This document shows, piece by piece, positions 13,228 through 23,463 of a stretch of 64,000 nt of DNA. The position numbers and the translations under genes were made by a program. The number at the start of each line of letters is the position of its first letter. Positions within the stretch are counted from its first letter, which is position 1. The DNA is taken from assembly GCF_963921235.1 (NCBI RefSeq), contig NC_086109.1, positions 35,032,001-35,096,000 on the forward strand. Direction: 5' to 3'. The notes below the pieces were generated by a model that saw only the letters and a program-made list of their open reading frames with translations, searched no databases and was not told the DNA's origin. Origin of the DNA: Mobula hypostoma. Lineage: Eukaryota.

Positions 13228-14104
13228 TGTTACGTACCCCGTAACTGGGTTGCCAAACCAGCAGAAATGGATCACTCAGTTGGAGTCTGGAGTACTAGAA
13301 CTAAGAAAGTTTTATTAAAGAAACAAGCAACACATTAATCGAAAGGATAATAAATGCAACAGTTCAGCGATGATAAACGCACATGTGCACAGAATTAAGA
13401 TAACAGCATCAATCAAGCTCTATCGTTGTCTAGGGGTAAATGACCAATTTCAAAATGACTCAAAGTTCAGTCCAGTTTAGTAGTTCAGTTCGCAGTAATC
13501 GTTGCCATGGCGGTGGACAACGTGGGGGAAGAGAGAGATAGAATAGGAACAACTCATCATTCAGAACGGCTTCACTCACAGACCAGCAAGATGGCTCACA
13601 GACCAGCGAGATGGCTCACAAACAGCTTTTGGGCGGGTCCTTGGTGATGTCACCTGAGGTCACCGACTGTGACCCCTCCTCCAGATGCGGTCGATCCTCT
13701 GCAGTGAACCCGGCACCCAGGCAAGGGCGGACACACACCGGGTTCCCGCTGATCGTACCTTTCCACCCTGGGCGTTGTCCGGTACTTCTCACCACTCGTG
13801 AGAGGCGCACCGCTTCCAGGGTCTCGTTACCTCGGGTGGCGTGTGTCTGTCTTAGCGAACCTGTCCCTTTTTATCCCCCTGCTGGGGTATCGCCTGTCCA
13901 TCACTTCAAACAGTTCAGGGCTCAAAGGGGGGAGCTGCTCCAGACAGCTCTTCCTCCCACATCCCTTCATTACACATCTCCAGACGCTGCTCCATTGTTC
14001 CTTATCTCTCCTTCCCCTGAGGGCAGGTGGCAGACCAACTGCTGATGCCACTGATGCTAGCCCAGGCCAGCAAACATCTTAATTTTATGTGTATTCTCGT
14101 AACA
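13228..14104 (-). repeat. 3' LTR
   Basis: Direct repeat of 17352-18228 with about 5 substitutions seen by eye; minus-strand AATAAA at 13311-13316; internal 20-bp tandem cacagaccagc(a/g)agatggct. Confidence 0.97.
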
Positions 14105-14116
14105 CTTCCCCCCTTT
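14105..14116 (-). promoter_or_regulatory. Polypurine tract
   Basis: Minus strand AAAGGGGGGAAG directly abutting the 3' LTR. Confidence 0.85.
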
Positions 14117-14276
14117 AAGGATTTTTACCGGGAGGTAAAAATTACAAACATGACTACATTATCTGATACATACACAATATACATCTTTAACAGTTATTTA
14201 GCTAATACAGAGAATTTGAAATTGTCAACACCTTGACAGACAGTCATCACATTTTCTGTTCCTTTTACACGTGTTA

Positions 14277-17252
14277 TTAATAATCCCTTAGACCAGGCTC
14301 CAACTCAGCAAACTTCATAGTGGCCAAAAACACTGATGAATTGCGACCAATGTAACCTCTCATTTGGTTTTGTCCCGGACCACAACAACAAGGGTCGTCC
14401 CATTCCGACTCAATTTTTCCTCGCAAGGGCTTAGTAGGAGGGGGACGGGTATTGACCGCAGAGTTATTGCAAAACTTCCTGCAGTACCCCACCATCTCCA
14501 AAAGCCTTCTGAGGGCCCTCTTGTCTGTCGGGGTTGGGAGGTCAGCGATAGCCTGCACTGTAGCTTGCATCACTGCCAGCTGCCCCTGTGTCACCACAAT
14601 TCCCAGGTAAGTGACATTCGCGTGGCCGAATTCATTTTTTCCAAGGTTCACTATCAAGCTGGCTTCAGACAGCCGTGTTAAATTGCCAATACACACCTCT
14701 GTGTTCATCAGCCCTTTAGTCACTGAATTACTCGAAAAATATGGGTGTTGTTTACTTGGCCGCCCTATTGTAACCGACATAACCCAACGTCCCAGTTCTT
14801 TGCATTTCCTCGGGACAATCAAACACATGGGTGCGAGTCGTTTAATTACTCCTTCGGGGATTAAGGGAGAGACCTTATCAGTAGACCTGGCCAAAACAAT
14901 AGCCTTCTCCCATCTGACCGACCCCATCCTAATCTTTTCAAAATGGTTTTTTCCTCTTATCAAGGGGCCCCTAGCTTCATTGATTTCCACGCTAACACCG
15001 ACTAGGTTTGTTAGCATATCAAAAGCCGGTGACCGTCTCAGTTCGCGTCGGTCATGATCAATAACATTTTTCCCCCTGGGCAGCCGGTAACTCTCTTTCA
15101 TGATTCCACCAACTGTTTCCTCCAGCACCGCAAAATGTCCACCGGGGGGTACCTCGTGGGCCATGTTAAAAACCTCATCCCCATAACTCTTTTGCACCAC
15201 CCCCCACTCCTCATCTGCGGATGCTGTACTTGATTTCCCTTTCTTCCTTAGCACTTCCTCATCCGCACAATAGCCTACTAGTTCCCTTGTCAAGGCTGTG
15301 TCAGAGAGAGCTGTCTCGGCCAAAACCATCAGCCCCTCGTCTCGCTCCTGCGTCTGCACAAATTCTTTCCTGGCTACTGCTACGTCCGTCCCAGCTCCCT
15401 CACTACCTCTTATCTCACTACACCCTGTCTCATACAAGGTTGGCAGAAATGTTTCAGCCAAATTCACCATCGCGGGCGGGGCCTCCATGCTGGCAGGCTG
15501 ACCCGTCAATCTCACGACTGGGAACACGATTCCTCCGGCGATGTCATTACCGAGCAAGACTTCCACGTCTTTCATCGGTAATTCGGACCTCACCCCGATC
15601 GTGACTAGTCCAGAGACCAGGTTGCTCTGTAAATGTATCTGGTGCAAAGGGACTGACTCTGTCCCTTCCCCAACACCTTTGACCTCTACCTCCCCAGTCT
15701 GGGTCTCTGAGCTAAACTCTAATACACTCTTCAGTATTAGTGACTGACACGCTCCCGTGTCTCTCCAGATCAGCACTGGAACTGGTTTTAACCTCTTTTT
15801 TACTGACACCAGTCCGGCCGAGATAAACCTCTCGCGCCCTTCCTGGACTTTTTCAGACCTGTCCTTCCCTAGCGGTTCGCTTAACAGCTCAATACAGCCA
15901 TTCAAAATTTCCGCTTTTCCTTTCCCCGTCTCCTTCCTTGGGGCAAAGCACCTGGACGCAAAGTGTCCGACTTTCCCACAATTATAACAGACGACCCCAG
16001 GAGACTTCCTACCAGGCTGCTCCCGGTCTACCTTATCCTTTTCACTAGTCCCCGGCTTACTTTCTGACTTTTCCGGCGGACTCTCCCCGCCGTCCTGACT
16101 ATCCTTCTGGTAGCCTTTACTCGGGGCAACCTTCATTTTATGCGTCAACGCATACTCATCCGCTAACTTAGCAGTTGCGGCTAACGTGGCTGCCTCTTTC
16201 TCCTCGAGGTAGGGTCTCATACCCTCAGGGACACAACCTTTAAACTGCTCAATCAGAATCAGCTGCAGCAGTCTGTCATAATCCCCCTCTACCCCTTTCG
16301 AGGCGCACCAACGCTCACAATATGTTTGCATCTCGCGAGCAAACTCCAAATACGTGCGGTCCCACCACTTCCTCGCATTCCGGAACCTCTGCCGGTATGC
16401 CTCCGGGACCAACTCATAAGTCCTGAGGATGGCCTCCTTCACCACCTCATACTTCTGGGCATCTTCCGGGGATAAGGCGGAGTAAGCTTGTTGGGCCTTC
16501 CCTTTCAGTACACTCTGAAGTAAAACAACCCACTTATCCCTCGGCCAGTCCTGACTTATAGCTACTTTTTCGAAGTGGAGAAAGTACCGATCCACATCGG
16601 TATCGTCAAATGGGGGAACCAGCCTAACCTCCTGGGTCGCCCGGAACCCTCCACCTTGGTTCGGCACGAGCCCCTGCTCGGCCCTTATCTTTAACTTCTC
16701 CAGCTCAAATTCCCTTTCCCTCTGTTTCTCCTCTCTCTCCAACTGCCTGTCCCTCTCTCTCTCTTCTCTCTCCAACTGTCTTTCTCTCTCTTGCCTTTCT
16801 AACTCTTTCTCTCTCTCCCGCCTTTCTAACTCTCTCTCTTTCTCCTGCCTTTCTAACTCTCTCTCTTTCTCCCGCCTTTCTAACTCTCTCTCCTGCCTTT
16901 CTAACTCTCTCTCTTTCTCCTGCCTTTCTAACTCTCTCTCCTGCCTTTCTAACTGCTTCTCTTCGTGTTCTAACTGCCGTACCCGGAACTCGTGCTCGAG
17001 TCTCAGTTTTTCAAGCTGTACCTGTACCGCGTCTCCAGCAGGTTTTTCAATAGACACCACCCCCAGCTCACCTTGGGGAAACACACCTTTAGATACATAG
17101 TGCTCTACAATAGCTCTGTGTATCTCCTCTCTCCTCATTGTCGACTTCACCTTAGCAAGATTCACCCGTTTTGCCACAGCTATCAATTCCGATTTCCTGG
17201 CATCCTCTAATGCCTCCAAGGTCGGCGCCTTTATAAATTCCTCAACCTCCAT
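14277..17252 (-). CDS. Gag (E/R-rich repeat, SCAN-like capsid, CCHC knuckle)-aspartic protease polyprotein fused to integrase and RT remnants
   Basis: 991-aa open frame: YELVPEAYRQRFR and LILIEQF (SCAN-like capsid), CYNCGKVGHFASRC, RDTGA...LLGND protease, AHEVPPGGHF (integrase zinc-binding His pair), then RT C-terminal VNLGKNEF..VTYLG..PTPTDKRALRRLLEMVGYCRKF; no DDE triad or YxDD seen. Confidence 0.9.
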   Translation of the reverse strand: MEVEEFIKAPTLEALEDARKSELIAVAKRVNLAKVKSTMRREEIHRAIVEHYVSKGVFPQGELGVVSIEKPAGDAVQVQLEKLRLEHEFRVRQLEHEEKQLERQERELERQEKERELERQERELERREKERELERQEKERELERREREKELERQERERQLEREERERDRQLEREEKQREREFELEKLKIRAEQGLVPNQGGGFRATQEVRLVPPFDDTDVDRYFLHFEKVAISQDWPRDKWVVLLQSVLKGKAQQAYSALSPEDAQKYEVVKEAILRTYELVPEAYRQRFRNARKWWDRTYLEFAREMQTYCERWCASKGVEGDYDRLLQLILIEQFKGCVPEGMRPYLEEKEAATLAATAKLADEYALTHKMKVAPSKGYQKDSQDGGESPPEKSESKPGTSEKDKVDREQPGRKSPGVVCYNCGKVGHFASRCFAPRKETGKGKAEILNGCIELLSEPLGKDRSEKVQEGRERFISAGLVSVKKRLKPVPVLIWRDTGACQSLILKSVLEFSSETQTGEVEVKGVGEGTESVPLHQIHLQSNLVSGLVTIGVRSELPMKDVEVLLGNDIAGGIVFPVVRLTGQPASMEAPPAMVNLAETFLPTLYETGCSEIRGSEGAGTDVAVARKEFVQTQERDEGLMVLAETALSDTALTRELVGYCADEEVLRKKGKSSTASADEEWGVVQKSYGDEVFNMAHEVPPGGHFAVLEETVGGIMKESYRLPRGKNVIDHDRRELRRSPAFDMLTNLVGVSVEINEARGPLIRGKNHFEKIRMGSVRWEKAIVLARSTDKVSPLIPEGVIKRLAPMCLIVPRKCKELGRWVMSVTIGRPSKQHPYFSSNSVTKGLMNTEVCIGNLTRLSEASLIVNLGKNEFGHANVTYLGIVVTQGQLAVMQATVQAIADLPTPTDKRALRRLLEMVGYCRKFCNNSAVNTRPPPTKPLRGKIESEWDDPCCCGPGQNQMRGYIGRNSSVFLATMKFAELEPGLRDY
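16700..16985 (-). repeat. Coding minisatellite (ELERQEKER-type units) within gag
   Basis: Tandem 21-27 bp units such as ctttctaactctctctctttctcctgc. Confidence 0.9.
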
Positions 17253-17328
17253 TTCTGCTGTTTGTCTTTTCTTTCTTTCGGGAATTTTAACCCAATCAAT
17301 TTACTCCGTCCCAAATTTAGCGTTCAAA

Positions 17329-17347
17329 ATCGCGGACGAGAACCCCA
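17329..17347 (-). promoter_or_regulatory. Primer-binding site, tRNA-Pro-like (imperfect)
   Basis: TGGGGTTCTCGTCCGCGAT 4 nt after the 5' LTR versus canonical tRNA-Pro PBS TGGGGGCTCGTCCGGGAT. Confidence 0.75.
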
Positions 17348-17351
17348 CTTA

Positions 17352-18228
17352 TGTTACGTACCCCGTAACTGGGTTGCCAAACCAGCAGAAATGGATCACT
17401 CAGTTGGAGTCTGGAGTACTAGAACTAAGAAAGTTTTATTAAAGAAACAAGCAACACATTAATCGAAAGGATAATAAATGCAACAGTTCAGCGATGATAA
17501 ACGCACATGTGCACAGAATTAAGATAACAGCATCAATCAAGCTCTATCGTTGTCTAGGGGTAAATGACCAATTTCAAAATGACTCAAAGTTCAGTCCAGT
17601 TTAGTAGTTCAGTTCGCAGTAATCGTTGCCATGGCGGTGGACAACGTGGGGGAAGAGAGAGATAGAATAGGAACAACTCATCATTCAGAACGGCTTCACT
17701 CACAGACCAGCAAGATGGCTCACAGACCAGCGAGATGGCTCACAAACAGCTTTTGGGCGGGTCCTTGTTGATGTCACCTGAGGTCACCGACTGTGACCCC
17801 TCCTCCAGATGTGGTCGATCCTCTGCAGTGAACCCGGCACCCAGGCAAGGGCGGACACACACCGGGTTCCCGCTGATCGTACCTTTCCACCCTGGGCGTT
17901 GTCCGGTACTTCTCACCACTCGTGAGAGGAGCACCGCTTCCAGGGTCTCGTTACCTCGGGTGGCGTGTGTCTGTCTTAGCGAACCTGTCCCTTTTTATCC
18001 CCCTGCTGGGGTATCGCCTGTCCATCACTTCAAACAGTTCAGGGCTCAAAGGGGGGAGCCGCTCCAGACAGCTCTTCCTCCCACATCCCTTCATTACACA
18101 TCTCCAGATGCTGCTCCATTGTTCCTTATCTCTCCTTCCCCTGAGGGCAGGTGGCAGACCAACTGCTGATGCCACTGATGCTAGCCCAGGCCAGCAAACA
18201 TCTTAATTTTATGTGTATTCTCGTAACA
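17352..18228 (-). repeat. 5' LTR
   Basis: 877-bp direct repeat of 13228-14104. Confidence 0.97.
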
Positions 18229-18384
18229 AGTGAATGAACAAGAAAACCACAGAAGGAGTGATCCCTGTGGAAAGTGAAGAGTTCGGGAGGGCGGGGTGAG
18301 GTAAAGTTGTTTTTGGTGGTAGGATCACACTGAAGACTGCAGAGGATTCAATATGCAATTAAGCTCTAACTAACTACCAGAAAT

Positions 18385-18612
18385 TGGAGACGCAAGAGAC
18401 TATAGATACTGTAATCTGAACAAAATCAAGCTGTTGGAGGAACTCAATTGGTCAAATAGCATCAATGGAGTGATAGGAATTCTTTTGGAATGATATCCTA
18501 CGTCAGGACCCTACAGCCCTGAATGAGTGTCTCAAGTCCAATCATCAACTATTCTTTCCCCTCCACAGATGCTGCCTGACCCACTGAATTCTTCCAGCAG
18601 TCTGTTGCTTTG
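18385..18612. repeat. Short palindromic element made of two opposed Penelope tails
   Basis: Left arm ctgttggaggaactcaattggtcaaatagcatc is the imperfect reverse complement of right arm gatgctgcctgacccactgaattcttccagcag. Confidence 0.65.
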
Positions 18613-19816
18613 AAACTAATAGGAATCCACCTTCTCTTTTAACTAGAGGCTCATTTTGATGTTATGAATACACTAATGAAGCTAGTGAGAAGTGGAGGCC
18701 AAAAGAGTGAATAAAGATGTTGCTTTAGCTCTGTTTACTTCTATTCTGCATCTAGGAAGAGCACCTATGTTTGCTGGAAATCAGAAGGATGGATAATGTC
18801 TCCAGTATACCAACGTTCTGAACTCTTTGTCTATGATTAATCCGAATGCCATGGGCTGTTCATGTGGTTCATGGTGACTGCCTCTATCATTGCTTTATTG
18901 TCACAGGCCAGATGCCATTTTCTGCTGACTTTTGCTCAGGGGCTAATTATTTCAGGACATTTAAATCTCCCAGGCACTGTGTTGCCATTGGCAAGATTAT
19001 TTTCTGTTGCACTGTATGATAGTTCCTTAAGGGCAGTGTATTACCAGAACAAAATTAACTCAATACTTCTTTTCCTTAGATGAATGTAAGGTGTTATTTT
19101 TAATGAACTCGTTAAGTGATTTGTGCAAAGAGTCCAATCAAATAGTTTTATGAGTTATGCCAAAACAATTATGACATTGATTGCACAAAAGTAGAGGTGC
19201 TGAATTTGTGAAGTGTTTTAAATCTGTAATGGAAAACTGTTGCAACACACTTTCTTAATGGGATTTCTTCTGGACCCTAGAAAAATTACTCCCGAGCATG
19301 GCAGATGTAATGGGAATTGGTGTGTAATTTCACTAGAGCTGCCATTTTCCCCTCTTTGAATTTGTATTGATGCTTCCCCATATGACTTTTTCATACATGG
19401 TTTTGAAATAATTGTTGGGGATAACTCATGCAAAAACAAAACTAAATGAAAAGGCTGCACAACTAGTAAATTTCAAATGACTCCAAATAAAATATATTTT
19501 TGAACATTAGAAAGCGCCAGCTTTGTTTATACCCATATCTGTCAGCTGTAGCACAGTTAGCAGATTTCTCTTAGTTATCATGTAATGATTCAAGTCCTAT
19601 TTCTGCAACTTCAGCACAAATATCCACGCTGATTGCCCTTTCTGGGTCTGAGTGAATGGTTTAGTGTTGGGGGTTTTGTTTTCCAGATCAGATGTTAAAC
19701 CAAGTCTCTGTGCTCTCTCATGTGTACTATCTTGTACTATTTCAAAGGAGAATTATTTACTTTTTGCTTTCTTAGACGATATACGTTCATCATTCAGTGC
19801 TACTAAAAAAAATATG

Positions 19817-20115
19817 TTGGCACATGGCCAAGTGGTTAAGGCATCGGTCTGAAGGTCGCTAGTTCGAGCCTCAGTCAAGGCAGCGTGTTGTGTCTTTGAG
19901 CAAGGCACTTAACCACACATTTCCCTGTAATGACACTGGTGCCAAGCTGTATCGGCCCTAGTGCCCTTCCCTTGGACAACATAGGTGGCGTGGAGAGGGG
20001 AGACTTGCAGCATGGGCGATTGCCAGTCTTCCATACAACCTTGCCCAGGCCTACACCCTGGAAACCTTCCAAGGAGCAAATCCATGGTCTCATGAGACTA
20101 ATGGATGCCTATTAT
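19817..20115 (+). mobile_element. tRNA-derived SINE
   Basis: A box TGGCCAAGTGG, B box GTTCGAGCC, head shared with 43113-43380, LINE-like 3' tail followed by an A run. Confidence 0.8.
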
Positions 20116-20792
20116 TTAAAAAAAAATCTAATCATAACCATTCCACTCTTTGGAACTTGCTGGGCACACATTGACTGAAATGACTCCTAAGTTGTAATGG
20201 AGTGGTGCGTATAGCTGGAAAACTTTTGGGATGCTCTGAAGGAACGTGAAAGGAGCATATGAAAATAAGTACTTCTTTTAAATATATATAGCAATACCAT
20301 AAATTTCTACAGTAATCTTTATGCTAGTGTCAAGCCCTGCCATTACATTCTTGAGGCTGCATGTAATTTCAGCTGAAGGTAATCCATGAACCCTCAACCT
20401 TATTCCTCCAAACAGCAACTATATTTTTATTTCTTAAATGGATGTAGAACTTATACAAAAGGAAAAGAACACTAACCTGCAATCTTTAATTTAATTGACA
20501 TTAGTACAATTGAGTACAATTGGAAATCATGTAAATCTTGACATCTTTGACTTGTAAATCTAGTACATATTTTTTAAGGTAACTTTTGTTTATTGTTTCT
20601 TACTTCTCTTCTAATATTTGTATATCTGTGCACTTGTAATGCTACTGTGACACGGTAATTTCCTTTGGGATCAATGAAGTATCTATCTATCAACCTGTTG
20701 AACAAGAGCTGTTGAAAGTGCTATGACATCTTTCTACATTTAAATACATCTCAAAGTAATAAGTACATTGTGATTAAGCATTTCCAATTAAA

Positions 20793-22100
20793 AATCAGAA
20801 TCAGAATCAAGTTTATTATCACTGACTGCAGTATGTATTCAAATGCATTTTTTAGTGCAGCAGTACAATGCTATACCTAAAATATTTAGAAGGGTTACAA
20901 TAAGCGATATATACAAAATAAATAAATAGTGCAAAAAGAGAGCAAAATAGCAAAGTGTTTATGGGTAATTCAGAAATCTGTTGGCCAAAGAGAAAAGCTG
21001 TCCCTAAAGCATCGAGTGTGCCTTCAGGCTCCTGTGCCATCTCCCTGACTGTAGTCATGGGAAAAGGGCATGTCCTGGACGGTGAGGGTCTTTAATGATG
21101 AACGGCACCTTTTCGAGGCATCCACCTTTGAAGCTGTTGTTGATGGTGTGGAGGCTAGTGACCATGATGGAGCCAGCCGAGTTTACAACCCTCTGCATCA
21201 CTTGAGGATCCTGCGCATTGGGGCCTATATATTAGATGGCGATTCAACCAATCCGAATGCTCTTCACGGTACATTAGATGGCGATTCAACCAATCCGAAT
21301 GCTCTTCACGGTACATTAGATGGCGATTCAACCAATCCGAATGCTCTTCACGGTACAGCTGTAGAAATATGCGAGAGTCTTTGGTGACATACCAAATCTC
21401 CTCAGACTCTTAATGAAGTATAGCCACTGGCATGCCTTCTTTATAATTGCATCAATGCATTGCTCCCAGGGTGTTGACACTCAGAAACTTGAAGCTGCTC
21501 ACTCTTTCCACTATTCATCCCTCAATGAGGACTCATGTGTTCTCCCAACTTCCCCTTTCTGAATTCCATAATCAATTCCTTGCCCTTACTGATGTTGAAT
21601 GCACATTGTTGTTGCAACACCTCTCAACCAGCTGATCTATCTCACTCATGTACGCTTCCTAGTCACCAGCTGAAATTCTACCACTAACGGTTGTGTTAAG
21701 AGCAAATTAGAGGTGGCATTTAAACTAGTCACATATTCATGCACGTAGTGAGAGCAGAACAGGCGGCTAAGCACACTTCCCTGAGGTGCATCTTTGTTGA
21801 TTGGCAGCAAGGAGGAAAACTTATTTCCCATATGCACAGACTGTGGTCTCCTGATGAAGAAGTGAAAGATCCTGTTGTGGGTGGGGGGGAGGGATGTATG
21901 GAGGTCCGGATTTTGAAGCTAATTGATTAGTATTGAGAGGAGTATGGTTTTGAATGCTGAGCTATAGTCAATAAACAGCAGCCTGAAGTAAGTATTGCTG
22001 TTATTCAAGTGAATCAAGAGCAAGTGGTGAGCCAATGAGATTGTGTCCACTGTGGACCTATTGTGCTAGTAGGCAAACTGCAGCAGGAAACGATACTTCT
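20793..22100 (-). mobile_element. Decayed Rex/Babar-like LINE 3' portion
   Basis: (TCTGAT)n tail at 20793-20810; APQGSVLS RT motif in ORF 21646-21837. Confidence 0.7.
21231..21356. repeat. Perfect 42-bp tandem repeat x3
   Basis: attagatggcgattcaaccaatccgaatgctcttcacggtac starting at 21231, 21273 and 21315. Confidence 0.97.
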
Positions 22101-23463
22101 GAATAGAAGATGACTTACTAACATGAGAAGAAACACTTCCATTACTCGCTCAGCTCCTATAACCCATGTTTTTCCATGAAGGAATAACATCACCTTGTCT
22201 TCGATCAGTATCCTTTGAATAGAAAGAATTTTGTTTTCTGTCCGGATTCCCATGCACATTAAGTGGGCTGAGATAGAAAGGACACACATATTTTTGTGGG
22301 AGAATATGACTTCATGCACAAGAGTTCCAGTTGTTCTAGAAGTCTTGGGTCTCACTCGCCCTTGGTTTGCAGGAGGGTGGAAGCAATCATTGTTTCAGTC
22401 TTAAAACTATGAGTAGAGACTTTCTCATGATTCACTTCAAATGTTCCTTCAAATATAATGGTCAAATCACTTACTTTGTATGTTCTGAGTTCTCTTTTAG
22501 TGGAATGAACACAAATGCAATTAATGGTACAGCGAGGGATGGTACAATGGCAGATTCAGAGGTTATAAATTGTTGTGGTTAGTTCTGTGCTGCTGACAAT
22601 CTGCAGTGTTTAGTTTTGATCTGCCAAATCTGCTCTCAGGGTTTGGTTTAATTGCTGAATTTAATAATCCTCACAAGAACCATTTTAGATTACTTGGTCA
22701 GATAGTGGAGTCGGTCTTAAAGTCTCAGCCTAACAGAGTGTTATCAAGAGCCATAAGTGATTGCAATTTATACTTGGCGCAGTTCATAATTTGCCTACCA
22801 CCACAATAGGTCTACAGTGGATGCAATCTCACTGACTTTCCACTAGGCCTTCGACCACTTGGACAAAAGCAATAAAAGTAATACCTACATCAAGCTGCTG
22901 TTTAATAATTACAGTAGTGTTCAATCAAGAAATGTGACCTTTGATATTCTCCCAAGGGGTGATAAATGGTGCTAGGACAATGACTTGTTGGCATCTGTGG
23001 AAGGTCTTCGTGTAGCATAACAATTGTATAGTACTTAGCAAGAACAGATTTAAGACAGGGACCAGTGAAAAATTGCACTAATAATAAATGAATTGCAGAT
23101 TTTATGGTTAGTAAGATCAAATATGCCTTTACATTGCACCATGTAGCTATTTCCATGCCTTAAATTTTGCACATCATTCGTATTTCGTTACTTGTTTAGA
23201 TAATGTGTGAGTTAAATACTTAACTATTACAAAACCTCAGTTTCTGTTTTCCTAATTAACAACAGCAAAATAGGGTGTATTATCCAGAAGATATGAGATT
23301 GTAAAGGTTATAGTGCAACATGTGTATTTATAGTTAATATTGTCATAGTATATTGGATATATTGTGGCTTTTTCAATAAATGTTTGAGATATCATCACGA
23401 GATCTGTCTTCAAAGATTTTGCTATTGAATGCATCAACAAATCTTTACAGTGAAAGAAGTCAC

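Larger units (their letters stand above)
13228..18228 (-). mobile_element. Complete, young, internally deleted Gmr1-like Gypsy LTR retrotransposon (non-autonomous)
   Basis: Two 877-bp LTRs TGTTACG...CGTAACA, 4-bp TSD AGTG (13224-13227 and 18229-18232), PBS and PPT on minus strand, one internal 991-aa ORF. Confidence 0.96.

Noticed and set aside
14040..14062. ctgatgccactgatgc in the LTR as a hammerhead core (retrozyme-like)
   Set aside because: Reads CUGAUGC rather than CUGAUGA and has no stem II followed by GAAA.
13611..14082. 144-aa and 94-aa ORFs duplicated at 17735-18206
   Set aside because: They lie inside the two LTRs and have no recognisable domain; the duplication is explained by LTR identity.
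21231..21356. Possible CRISPR-like array
   Set aside because: Units are contiguous with no spacers and there are no cas genes; the context is eukaryotic.
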